Source of the DNA: Schmidtea nova
Taxonomy: Eukaryota
Assembly: GCA_044892505.1 (NCBI GenBank)
Contig: CM097882.1
Span: 390,166,001 to 390,230,000 of the forward strand
Reading direction: 5' to 3'
DNA: 64,000 bases
The position numbers were made by a program, and so were the translations under genes. Positions within the stretch are counted from its first letter, which is position 1. Each line of letters begins with the position of its first letter. The notes beneath the pieces were generated by a model. The model had not been told where the DNA came from, did not search any database, and saw nothing but the letters and a program-made list of their open reading frames with translations. Shown here piece after piece: positions 25,970-38,016 of the stretch.

Positions 25970-26530
25970 CCTAGCTTTTTGGCAAACATTGTGACAGAGG
26001 ATGAGACTCCTTTGATCCATTACATGCTTCAATCTAGAAAAGTGAGGATTACCTGGAGAAAATCTGCAAAAGATCTGCGGTTCAAAGACCTCACATTGCG
26101 AATACGTGAGGCTAAAAGTAATTTGGGATGTGTAAGAAGTCTTGAAGATTACTTTTCTAAAGGTAACATAAACTTAAAGAACTACAGCAATTTGTTAGTA
26201 AGGGTTATATTACACAAACAAAAAGCCAGGATCTTTATTTGCTTAATGACAACACTCAAATGCACGTATCTTTTCAAAATCAGAATGTAGAACCAAAATG
26301 TGGGTTTGCGTATTTTAATCATCCAACATACAGTACAGATCTTGGACCTAGTGATTTTCGCTTGTTCAATCATTTGAACATAGATCTGAGATGTAAAATA
26401 TTTGAAATAAAGAATAATTTAAAAGAAAATGAGAACTTCTTTCGGAGAAGGAACAAGAAGTCTTTGAAATTGCTATCAACTTTCAAATCAATGATGAACC
26501 TTTGGAGAAAGTACATCAAAGTTAATTGAA
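25970..26530 (+). pseudogene. mariner transposase relic
   Basis: NIVTEDET (IVTGDET) and HPTYSTDLGPSDFRLF (HPPYSPDLAPSDF.LF). Confidence 0.85.
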
Positions 26531-26699
26531 GTCATGATTGATAAATAAACTTTACATATCTGTTTTACCTTATAATAATGAATTGTATTCCAGTATTTCT
26601 ATTTTTTCTACTCTGGTCTGAAGACATTTTAGCCTTATAACGTACAACAATTACTAAAATGTAAAGTATTAAACAAGCATAATAGATTTTAAAATTTTA

Positions 26700-27032
26700 T
26701 TTTTCATTGAAAAAATATGAGTGAACAACGAGGTATATTTTATTTAAAGGTATTTCAATGAAACCTTTCACAAGAAATAAACTAAGTCAGAGTTTGGCGT
26801 TATACTCCAATCGGCTTACTGAAAGGACCAAATGTAAAATTAGACTTTTTCTCGAAAGATTATAGTGTCCTAATAATCTTCGGAAACCTTACATCAAATT
26901 GTATTGGGAAAATTCAAAAGGTACTCCACGTCGATGACTTGTAAAAACTGAATTAAGTAGACAAAATAACACAAATTAGTAATGTTTTTGGTATATTCGC
27001 AAGAGCTTGACAATTGATGAACAATTGGTGAC
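26700..27032 (+). pseudogene. piggyBac transposase, part 5' of the Polinton insertion
   Basis: Ends LTIDEQLV and continues in frame at 42226. Confidence 0.8.
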
Positions 27033-27766
27033 AGTAAAAGGCAGTGAGGACTCAGCCCCACTTTTTTCACACAGAACGGTTGCTAAGGCATGCCCACGCA
27101 TATATAATCCCCGAGGAACCTGTTGCTAGATTAAACCAACACATAAATGTGTTATTTACTTGTAACCTGTTGCTAAGACTAACACACGTATCAATTTATA
27201 ATTCCTAAAGTAGCTATTGCTAAGGTAAACAAACACACATTGTGTAACTTTCGTGACTACTGTAGGTAACTTCAAAACATGCAAAACACTAATTATTATT
27301 CGTAACACACACGATAATGTTTTTTTCTAAATGAATGAAATTTTTGTTTTAATTGACTGACTAAAATTTCGAGAAGTTGTTTTTAAACTAATAACTTTCG
27401 ATATATTATATAATTTTTGTAAAATAAACTTTAGAAATTCAAATGTGAGAACTACGAAAACGGATGAAATGAATGTAAGAATTGTGAGAGTAGTAGAAAT
27501 CTTTAAACCTTTTAGCAGCAGGGAACTATAAGAGCAGATGAAACTTATAAATATTTGTAAAAAGAACTAATTATTTTTACATTACATAAAAAGATTGAAA
27601 CAAATCATTAAAAATATTACACTAATCAGATGAAAACACCGTACGGTAAAACCGATTTAGATCTGGACAACACATAAAACTTTTAATAATAAATAAACAT
27701 AATTTAAATGTTTTATTTTAAAATGTTTATTTAATTTAAACATAATTTTTAACAAAGTTTTATTCA

Positions 27767-29250
27767 TTACAAATCTGAATCTGAACCTTTTATCATCCAA
27801 GTTCGTTAAGGCTACTTTATGGTTTTTATTAGTAAATAATTGATGATGTTTGGTAACTATTCGTTATTTAGCAAAAGAAACCATCGAATTATTATAATAA
27901 CAATTCAGGTATGACTGATGTTTTAGGTCAGTACACTTCAATGTTATACACTGAGACATAATGCTCTCTTTTTCACTTAAAAGACAATAACACTTTGGTC
28001 TAAGAAAAACCCACTCCTTGTACTTGAGTCCTTTATTATCGTCTTTGAATTTTCCAATGACGGAATTTCGGCTTCTCTAGTACAAGGGATGATTTGGATC
28101 ATAATTCGGGGTATCTAAAAGTCTATCCATAACCAAAGCCGACCAAAGAAGATCCAAATTACTATTATTAATCTCCAAGAAAAAAGAGTCTGTATCACCA
28201 GCTACTATATTAATCTCGCATTTGAATTCATTACGATATTGTTGTAATTATTCATACTGGAGTTGATACATCCTAAGTTTAGAGAAATCCGTACAGTTTG
28301 ACCAATGTAGCTGGGTCTATCTAAACACACAGAGTCCTTATTAAGAAAAACAGAAATTATGTCATCATCAATCTTATAAGTTTTTCAAAAGGTAGGTTTT
28401 GAGGAATATGTAATCAGTTAAGACGCTGAATTACAAAGTCGTAAATTAAGTCTTTTCTTAAGATTCTCAGCAGTTTTACCGTTAAGACTATTATTTAAAA
28501 GTTTGTAATAGTTCTTATCTTAAGTCGTAGAAGAAGCTGCCCTTAGTTTAGTGTCTGTGTCAATGTAATTTTTAAAAATGTATTTCTGTTTGTACTGAAC
28601 AGCATGATAAACTCTAATTATTTTGACACCTAAAGAAACAAAAAGCACGAGAAGCCTCCAATGAACAACATAGTCGAACTTGGGATAATACGTAAACATC
28701 AGCTTGTCAACTTTTGAACCCGGAGCGCACAATTCTTCTGCTGAAACGGGAAAATCATTTAATTTATCGTGAATTTCTGAAGGGATTTCAAGATCCACTT
28801 CAAAAGTCACGCCATAAGTCAAAATAACCAAATCAGCATGCCTTAATTTAATTAATTCATAATAATAGATAATCCAAGAGAACCATAAGGTAATCTTTGA
28901 CTTAAAGCCCACCTGTATAAATTATTTATGTCAATATATGAAAGTTCAGTCGTTTCGGAGGAAACTACAAATGTCAAACCAATATGGATCTCTCCTTCGA
29001 AAAAATTTTAAATCTCCATATCCTGAAGAAATTCGATTGGTTCATCAAAGGTATTGGGCGTAGAAGCCCACCGTATACCTGGAATTCCCAAGAAATTAAA
29101 AGGCTCAAGTTGATTGTAAGTTATAGACTTTGCCCTAAACTTTTGAAAGAAATCGGCAAGAAGAAAAACATTCAGTTTCAGGTAGACCATCATATAGTCA
29201 CAAAAAGCCCATCCGTATAAATTATTAATGTCATTGTAAAGCAATTAAGT
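27767..29250 (-). pseudogene. Protein-primed PolB, C-terminal half (inverted copy of ~40080-41454)
   Basis: CDYMMVYLKL.VFLLADFF, HIDINNLY.WAL (motif A), KLLQTF.NNSL (motif B) and IVAGDTDSFF (motif C). Roughly 85% identical to the plus-strand copy, estimated by eye. Confidence 0.9.
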
Positions 29251-29259
29251 CGTTTCATA

Positions 29260-29342
29260 GGATACTACTATAATTATTACGTAATATATACAGTTTAGGA
29301 ATAATTACTTGTGCTAGACCGCTCACTCCACCCTTCTCTACT
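29260..29342 (-). mobile_element. Internal second-type Polinton terminus (AGTAGAGAAGGG...)
   Basis: Homologous to 22480-22550; directly abuts the truncated pPolB. Confidence 0.55.
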
Positions 29343-29439
29343 GTTCTCTTTATTTACTGACTCAAATTGAGATCATTAATTCTCGTAAATTGTATAGACA
29401 GAATTTTATTCACTACAAGATAGTTAAAATGAAAATTCA

Positions 29440-29990
29440 AAATGTTATGTTTTGTGCGCCGCACACATGTTTTGTTGTAATAATTGATTTTCTATGATTT
29501 TGTAATAAAGATAATGTATTTTTAAATTAACACTTTTTATGTAGAATTTAATTTCTTATAAAATGGCTTGATTAAAATTTATTGTGTCGTTTTGGTTGTA
29601 TTGCACATGTGTTTTGTATTTAATTTTGCTTTTTGCTTTTTTTTGACTTTTTTAAGTTTTGATCTATATATTATAAAGATAAAATTTAATTTTTTATAAA
29701 ATGTCTTCAATAAAAATATATAATTTGTCGTTTATCGTGCTGCACACATTTTTATTGTTAATCTTGCAATTTTCAACTATTTAAAATAATTTTATGGAGT
29801 TTTCATTGTAATAGTGTATGTATAAATTTTAATTTTCTACAAAATGGTTTGATTAGAAATTTAAGTTACCGTTTTTCTTGTTACGTACGTGTTTTGTTGT
29901 GAATAATTTATTTATTTGCTGATCGATAATTTTATCGTGTTTTCAGTGTAACAATTTTTAAGTAAATCTAATTCTCTACAATAATTTATT
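29440..29990. repeat. Degenerate ~140-bp tandem repeat, about 4 units
   Basis: GTCGTTT..GT..TGCACA..TGTTTTGT and TTCT.TAAAATGG recur. Confidence 0.6.
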
Positions 29991-31149
29991 GTGTATATAT
30001 AATAACTTGTGAATAAAAATTATACTTTAATTAATTTATTTATATTTACAATTTATCGAATAATTATATAATTTTTTTTTCATATTTAATTTTAATTACT
30101 TTAATTTGTAATAATTTTTATAATTTATTAGTGTAATAATTTTTATAATTTATTAGTTATTTAATTTTAAAATTAATTAAAATTTATTAAATTGTCTTTT
30201 GAATTTTCATAATAATTCATATTTAACAATAAATGATCATATATATTTTTTATAACAATGAATTATGTGTTCAATAATTTTAATTTTTAAAAATTTATTT
30301 ATAAAAATAAATTACATTGGTATTTACAAACGTGTGTGTGTGTTTCCTAGAATTTGATTGGTTAAAGATTTTTGAATTTAGTTTATAAACAATAGTTTTC
30401 ATTTAAGAAAAACTTTTTACTGCAACCTAAATTTGTAAGTTAATTTTTGTTTTGAAATTTTGAAATAATCAACTTATTTTTAGATAAAATGAACAACACC
30501 AACCACAATATGGGCAGTGACAACAACATCGATCTCGACAACTACATGAACAACGTTATTAACTACAATACTAAGCATGCCATACAATGAATTATTTAAT
30601 GGAAAAGAATCTGAACGACGAAAGGACAAAAGAAAGTAAATGTAAGTCCCGATTTATTTTAATAATTTATTTATTGAATGTAATTTATATTTAATTACCT
30701 TTGTACATAAATAAATATTAAGTAAGCTTAATTATTTAATAATTAGTTTTCTTTATCGTTTTTGTAATTTAATGATTATTCTTTATTTATTATCCAATAG
30801 TATTTGTAATATCTTTCATTTATTTGTATTGTAATTTATTAGATATTGTTTACAACTTATATTTTCACTATAATTAGCTGAATTATTTGAATTTTTAATA
30901 ATTTTAACAATTAATTTTGTAATGTTCACTAAATCTTTTAAAATTATTAACATTATTTTAATTTTAATTTGTAACTTATAACTAATTATTTAAAACTTAT
31001 TTAAAACTTAATAAATAACTCGATAACAAAATAAAAAACTCAAACTGAAAAAAATAAAATAACAATGATAAACATTTATTAAATAATAAAATGAAAATAC
31101 ACAAAAGGATAACATTTAAAACTAAATGATAACATATAACAAATAAAAA

Positions 31150-31765
31150 ATTTATAATGTTCATTCTCAGATCTCTATATTCGAAAGTTTGCAATAGAAT
31201 TGTTCGCAATCAAGCGATTGAGGCGATTCAATAGATTGATTTTTGTTGTATTGGGAGATTGATCTATCGCAGTCGAACAACCAAAATATTATTGGAATTC
31301 GGGCAATTCATTTGAACAATGACTCGATTCATTTGTTTGATCTAAATCAGGCGATTTTTCTCATTGAGGCGATTGATCGCAATCATGCGATTTTTCGTTA
31401 TCATGAGAATTTTATCATCTGACGTTTCGGGTGTCAAATTTGGCCATTGCTTTAGCTGATCATCCTCCTCGTCAATATTTTCCAATTTTTAGGAATGCGA
31501 TTCGAATTAGTTGAGGGCGTTCCGTAACACCCAGATATAAAATTTCTGTATCCGCCAAATATGGCATTTCACTGTCCCGATTGACCAGGTGATCGAGCAA
31601 GACCTGGTGAACATCGATCTCAGTCAGGCATTGGATTTTGTAGAGAAACTGCTCTGTAGCCGTATATGTCAGCTTCGGCATCAGCATCGGATATATTTCT
31701 TCAAGTTTGGCGAAAAGTACGGCCAACAATTTCTCTAAAATGAAAAAATAGTAAAACTTTACCAC
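31150..31765 (-). pseudogene. Polinton-associated uncharacterised gene: helical N-domain plus acidic tail
   Basis: 97-aa open frame continues after a frameshift as LENIDEEDDQLKQWPNLTPETSDD..CDQSPQ. Homolog at 5486-5800. Two CTGATTGGTTCA boxes lie upstream at ~31875 and ~31925. Confidence 0.6.
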
Positions 31766-31974
31766 ATTTCGTTATATCAGACATTTTTGATTGTGAATAT
31801 AAATTATTGCAAAATGACCATTGTATATATATATACGATAGAAACACAAGGCATGTACAAACTATTACACACTGAACCAATCAGATTCGAGTATGCATAA
31901 AATTTTATTGTCAAAATACACATTGAACCAATCAGAATCGTGCATTAATATTGCAGATTTATTGCAATCATGAG

Positions 31975-32040
31975 TCACATGTTAATATGAAATTTAAAAA
32001 CTCTATATTCAATAATTGAATTTATATCGGTAATAATATT
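31975..32040 (-). pseudogene. C-terminal end of TBP-like copy B, separated by the Gypsy insertion
   Basis: Removing the Gypsy and one ATATT gives in-frame LNIVDNIITDINSIIEYRVFKFHINM*. Confidence 0.75.
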
Positions 32041-32325
32041 TGTGATATGCAGTACATTGAATAAAAGTTAAAATTAAAATTTTGTGAAATTTTTATAAAA
32101 TCTTTATTGTCATTTAAGAAATTTCGATTTTGAAAAATTAAATGAAATTTATTGAATTATTATTTTGATCAGTGGATTAAAAATGTTTGTTTAAATAATA
32201 ATTGAAAGTGAAGAGAATTTTAAAAATAAATAAACAATTGATTTTAGTGAAATAAAAATTAGAATAAAAACTTATGTCTTTTGATTTACCAAATGATTCG
32301 ACCGACAACTTCGTTGCGGCTAACA
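32041..32325 (+). repeat. 5' LTR (285 bp)
   Basis: TGTGATATG...GGCTAACA; near-identical to 36627-36912. Confidence 0.97.
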
Positions 32326-33422
32326 TGGCCACCACGTCTTCGGAATTTTTTCTTGGACAATTGATACCGACAAAGTTCAGAAAAGGAGATGATGTCGACA
32401 AATTTATTGGAGAATGCGAAACGTTTTTTCAGTTTGCAAATTTTACAGGTGTCAAACTGGAAATAATAGTAATTTCCCTGTTAGATGATGATCTCAGGAA
32501 GAAATATAAAAGTATCGACCCAAAGATCAAATGCTTCAAAGAGAGAATGAGAACGGCATTTAAAACGGAAACAACAGTATTACAAGATATCAAAGCAGCC
32601 TTGGAATACAAGCAAACAAACGAAGAACCCGAAAGGTACTTCGAGATGATAGACAAGAAAGTAGATAAAATCTTCGAACGAGAATGAACAAAAGAAGATC
32701 TGAAGGAAAAACTCTTAATAGAATGCTCAAATGTGAGAGAGTTAAAAATGGAAGTATGTCTAAATCAGATCAAAGGAATAGACCAAATAAAAAAGAAAAT
32801 CATAAGGTTACACGAGGCTTATAAGATGACGGAGGAAATTATGGCCATAGAAAGAAGCAGACCAGAATCAGGAAATGTAAGAAGTTACAGAGATGCAGCC
32901 AGAACGAAGAACAACTATACACAGAGACCATATATGCAAACAAGACAATACAATAAGCTGGAAGGAAGAAGAGATTACGAGAATCAAAAAAGTAAAAGAG
33001 AGATGGAATGTTGGACTTGTCACCAAGTAGATCATTTAAGCCGAGACTGCCCAAAGAAATCGATTGCATGCTTCGGATGCGGAAAAGAAGGACATATCAG
33101 AAGAGAATGTCTAAATATAAAATGTAGGAGATGCAATAGAAATGGCCATAAAGAAGCTGAGTGTTATACAAATTTAAACCGAAAAGAAACAAGAAGATTA
33201 AATTCGAATGAACAGTATCAAAGAAATAGAGGATATCAAGGAAAAGGTGGATATTATAATTATGTAGAACAAGGAAGAATGAAAAGAGAATCAAGGGGAA
33301 CCAGAGATAGTTATGTAGCAAATATCGAGGAGAAGTTTTCAGAAAATGGAGAGTATGAAGATCGAAGATACCCAAACGAGAATGCTCTGACAGAAGAGGA
33401 GATAGTCGGAGCGATATATTAG
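32325..33422 (+). CDS. gag: Gag with three CCHC zinc knuckles; one premature TGA at 32685-32687
   Basis: CWTCHQVDHLSRDC, CFGCGKEGHIRREC and CRRCNRNGHKEAEC. The two ORF-track pieces are in the same frame. Confidence 0.9.
32326..32336 (+). promoter_or_regulatory. Primer-binding site TGGCCACCACG (tRNA-Arg-like, inferred)
   Basis: Immediately follows the LTR. As recalled, it is 10/11 identical to TGGCGACCACG, the complement of a eukaryotic tRNA-Arg 3' end. Confidence 0.6.
33371..33412 (+). promoter_or_regulatory. -1 ribosomal frameshift signal
   Basis: C CCA AAC heptamer in the gag frame, a 6-nt spacer, then an 8-bp stem GCTCTGAC/GTCGGAGC. pol is in the -1 frame and open from here. Confidence 0.75.
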
Positions 33423-36400
33423 AAAATTGGAGAAATTCCCAAATTATGAATTATTATAGTATAAGTAGTATATTACCTATTATAGAGAATACATTAGAGA
33501 GCGAGCTAACAAACGAGGAAATGATATGCACAGCAAATAAAGTAAACATATTTTTGAAAAAGAATTGGAGAATCAGTAAAGGTAAAGAGAATGCGATTGA
33601 TAGAAGTGTAGATATTATGGCTTTAGTTGAACAGAATCAGAAAATAATAAGATATGACAGAATGCAGGGCCGACCAAGTGTAACAATCGAGATCAATGGA
33701 GAAGTCATGGAGTGTTTATTGGATACCGGTGCAAGAATTAATGTTATGAGCTGGAAAAACTTTCAGAGATTACGAGAGATTGAGTTGATAAGGACAACAA
33801 TAACACTTCGGTGTGCAAACGACGGAAAATTAGAAATAAAAGGTAGCGCAGAAATGAAAGTCAATTTGAATGGTATGGAGAGAAAAATACAGTTCACAAT
33901 AGTTGAACAACTAACACCAGAGGTTATCGGAGGTATTGAGATGCAACAAAAATTTGGCATTGATTTCCAGTTTAGTAATACTCAGGATGAAACAGAGACG
34001 ATCAACCACGTTGGGAACATAGAAGCCAAATTTGGGAGAGTTATCACAGAAGGAGAACGGTTTCAGAAGGCCAGAGATACGATTAAGATAAAAGATCCGA
34101 ATATTATAGAATTAATAAGGAAGAATCATAATGTGTTTATGGCAGATAAATGGGATATAGGATGTACAAAGTTATTGAAACATAGAATTGAGACACAAGG
34201 AGGACCGATAAATATTAAACCGTGGAGGCAACCGATCAATTTAGAAGGAAAGATTGATGAGGTAATTAATAATCTGTGGGATAATAACATTATCAAGAAG
34301 TTTAATTCTCCTTGGAACACGCCGTTAATTTGCGTGTGGAAAAAAGAGAAACAGGATGTCAGGCTGTGTCTAGATTTTAGACTGTTAAATTTAGTAACGG
34401 TGAGACAGGCTTTCCCAATGCCAAATATATCAGAATTATTAGATAAACTGTGGGGAGCTCAGTACTTTACTTCGATTGACCTGGTTAATGCATACTATCA
34501 GGTTGAGCTGGATGAAGAATCAAAAGAAAAGACAGCTTTTTCAACGAAGGTAGGACAATTTTGTTTTAATAGAATGCCCTTCGGAATAGCGGCGGCACCA
34601 GGAACGTTTCAGGAGCTCATGCTGAAAGTGCTGGAAAACAGAGCTGGTACAGCAGTTTACTTGAACGACATCTTAATATTCACAAATTCAATCAATGAAC
34701 ACTATCAAGTTCTGGAGGACGTATTAAAGAGAATAGAGAAAGCTGGTTTTAGAATTAGACCGGAGAAATGCCACATTTTAAAAAAGGAGAAAAAGTTTCT
34801 GGGGCACATCATAAATGAAAAGGGTATTCAGACCGACCCAGCTAAAACAGAGTCAATACGATCGTTCCAAAGACCAAAATGTATCAAGAGTTTGAGAAGC
34901 TTCCTAGGAATATGTAATTATTACAGGAGATTTATTGAAGGATACTCAGAAAAGTCGAGAGCACTAGAAGAACTGTGTGGGAAGAATAAAGAAAAGAAAC
35001 TAGTATGGACAGATAATTGCGAAAGAGCGTTTAACGAGATGAAAGAGGCGTTGACGTCAACACAAGTGTTAGGTTTCCCCGATGTCAATAAAGAGTTTAT
35101 TTTAGATACAGGCGCCAGTTTTGGGTCAATCGGCGCTGTATTATCACAGTTAGACGACGAGGGAAATGAAAGGGTTATAGCATATAGCTCGCACGCAATG
35201 AACAACCACGAAAAGGGATATTGCATAACGAGAAAGGAGTTATTAGCAGTTTACTATTTTTGCCAGCACTTTAATCATTATCTGAACGGGAGAAAACTTA
35301 CATTACGCACAGATCATAAAGCGATCACATTCATGTTGAAAACAAAAAAGCCGATCTCAGCACAATTCCAGACATGGATCAACCTTCTCAGTAGTTTCGA
35401 TATAAAAATAGAATACAGAGAAGGGACAAAACACGCGAACGCAGATATGTTATCAAGTAAGACATGTGGAACGTGCACACAATGTTTATTAATTCACGAA
35501 GACCCAAAAGAGGGTAAGCTAAAAACCAGAAGAATTAATGCGATAGATAACGATGAAAAGATCGAATGGCAAGAAAATAGTACAGAGATAAGACAAATAA
35601 AAGAAGAGATTATCCGAGATGCGTCATGGAAGTTTATTCTGGAAAACGGTATAGTGAAAACAAAGGAAAGGAAAATATGGATCCCTGAAGATAAACGTCA
35701 GGAAGCGATAAAGACAATCCATAGTTTACTTTCTCACGCAGGAGTCAAAAAAACGACATTATATATGAGAAACAACTACGATATGAAAAATATGAAAGAA
35801 ATAGCAAAAGAAATTATTATAAAATGTGAGCCGTGTCAAAAAGTAAAGGTAGTGACATCAACTACAAAAGAGGAAACCATAAAATTATCAGCAGGTGAGC
35901 CATTTGAGAAGATATATATAGATATATGTGGGCCTTTGCAAGAAACGTATAGGAAAAAGAAATATATTGTTGCCATAATTGATCAATTTAGTAGATAAAT
36001 AGTACTAAGACCAGTAGCAAGACAAGATAAAGAGACAATAAAAGAAACTATCATGAGGGATTGGATATTAAGATTTGGAGCACCAATGGAGATTCATGTA
36101 GATTGTGGGAAAGTATTCGAATCGAGAGCAATATCAGAAACTTTGCTTTTCAAGTCCATATCATCATAATACGAACGGTATCATAGAGAGACAATTCAGA
36201 ACAATAAGGGATTACATAAATACGTCACTGAAAGAGAGGAAAAAAACAGATTGGGCAGAAATATTGCCAGAAATAGAATTCACACTGAATGCAACAATAC
36301 AGAAGTCGATTGGTAAGAGTCCAGCAGAGGTAATATTTGGACGTAAAATATTTAGAAAACGATGTCACACAAGACCTGGACCACAAATCAAAAAATCAGA

Positions 36401-36620
36401 GCTAAAAGTAGGAACACCTGAACAGATACCAACAAAGAGGTCTTTCAATCAAGGAGAAAAAGTGCTAATTAAGGTAGAGTCAAGAACGAAAGAAAGAGAT
36501 AGATATGAAGGGCCGTACGAGATTATTCAGAAAATACATGACAGACGATATCTGTTGAGAGACAATTCGGGAAAGACAATACAGAGAAATGTTGAAAAGA
36601 TGAAGAAATATTTTAAAGAA
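33372..36620 (+). CDS. pol: Pol polyprotein (PR, RT, RNase H, integrase), disrupted in the integrase
   Basis: LLDTGA, YLND (a YxDD variant), LRTDH, H..H..CEPC, IDICGP, SPYHHNTNGIIER and YEGPY. Stop at 35996 and a frameshift near 36140. Confidence 0.95.
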
Positions 36621-36626
36621 GGGGGA

Positions 36627-36912
36627 TGTGATATGCAGTACATTGATTAAAATTTAAAATTTGTGAAATTTGTGAAATTTTTTTAAATTTTTATTGTCAT
36701 TTAAGAAATTTCGATTTTGAAAAATTAAATAAAATTTATTGAATTATTATTTTGATCAGTGGATTAAAAATGTTTGTTTAAATAATAATTGAAAGTGAAG
36801 AGAATTTTAAAAATAAATAAAAAATTGATTTTAGTGAAATAAAAATTAGAATAAAAACTTATGTCTTTTGATTTACCGAATGATTCGACCGACAACTTCG
36901 TTGCGGCTAACA
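36627..36912 (+). repeat. 3' LTR (286 bp), preceded by PPT AAAGAAGGGGGA
   Basis: Direct repeat of 32041-32325. Confidence 0.97.
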
Positions 36913-37302
36913 ATATTATCAACTATATTTAAATAGTCCCTAGTTTTTAAACCCAATATAACTACTTTTATCGCTTGCAAATATATTAACACACGGGGTT
37001 ATATTTCATGTATCTCAAAGCTGGAAATATTTTTGGCTAGTAAACACATTCTATTAATTTAGCCAAATCATTTAAATTACAATTAAATCTCAAGTCTGCC
37101 GTTACAGTAATTGATTGTTAAATTATAAATCTTTACTTTTTCATCGCTAATAAATTCCTTGCATCCCATAATTCTAAATCTCCCGGTTTTAAAATATATT
37201 ATAGGATATTTACCACTTCTATCAATAATTTGCTGTGATTTCCCATTTTGAAAATTCATGAGATACATCAGTCTTACCTTTATAATTTATGTTGCTAATC
37301 AT
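36913..37302 (-). pseudogene. TBP-like gene copy B (main part), divergent from the ATPase
   Basis: MISNINYKG..KYPIIYFKTGRFRIMGCK..LQSITVTADLRFNCNLNDLAK..VY*PKIFPALRYMKYNPVC.NIFAS.KVVILGLK, with small frameshifts. Aligns end to end with 19089-19550. Confidence 0.8.
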
Positions 37303-37394
37303 TAATGAAAATTATTTTAAATATGACAATAATAAAAACAACTATTATTTAAAATAAATATAAAAAATAATAATAAATTAATAAAATTTGAAAA

Positions 37395-38012
37395 ATGGAA
37401 TTAAGAAATGATGCATTATTTCAAATTGTTGGACCAAGCTGGAGTGGAAAATCTTTATTTGTTTGTAAATTATTACAATCGGAGTTATTCAAAGTTTAAT
37501 AAAATTTATTGGCATAGGGGTGCGGATAATAACCATGGAATGACTCAAGATCAATTTCGTAAAATTAAAAATGACAATCATAAAAGGTTTCGATAAAAAT
37601 TGGTCATCTAAATTACGAAATGGTGATGTGATTATTATTGATGACTTGTATCAAGAAGCAAATAAAGAAAAAGATTTTATTAATTAATTTACCAAAATCG
37701 CTAGACACAAGGTTGTTACAGTTATTTTTATTACTCAGAATTTATTTCATCAGGGTGGCATTCATAGAACCCGGAATTTAAATGTTCAATATATTGTTTT
37801 TTTTTAAATCCTAGCGATGCAACAGTTATTGACTTTCTTGCAAGACAAGCATACCCTTCTAATTGGATTTTATTGATTGATGCGTTTCAAGATGCTACAA
37901 AGCTGCTCATGGATATCTTTTTCTTGATTTCACACAACAATGTAATGTTGACTAAGGAGTTAGGACAGATAGTTTCAACAAGAAAGGAGCCATGGTTTAT
38001 AAACAAAGTTAA
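37395..38012 (+). pseudogene. Polinton packaging ATPase (A32/FtsK-like)
   Basis: IVGPSWSGKS (Walker A), VIIIDDL (Walker B), IFITQNLF, RNLNVQYIVF.NPSD and GYLFLDF..VRTD. Contains frameshifts. Confidence 0.92.
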
Positions 38013-38016
38013 TTAC

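Larger units (their letters stand above)
32041..36912 (+). mobile_element. Full-length Ty3/Gypsy LTR retrotransposon with inactivating stops
   Basis: LTRs at 32041-32325 and 36627-36912, TSD ATATT, PBS, PPT and domain order gag-PR-RT-RH-IN. Confidence 0.97.

Noticed and set aside
31405-31435. GACGTTTCG as the reverse complement of a hammerhead GAAAC motif
   Set aside because: There is no CUGAnGA core or stem I, and it lies in the conserved coding motif NLTPETSDD.
37873-38016. N-terminal part of the 184-aa ORF as a real protein start
   Set aside because: This stretch is the frameshifted ATPase C-terminus; the independent gene starts at ATG 38017.
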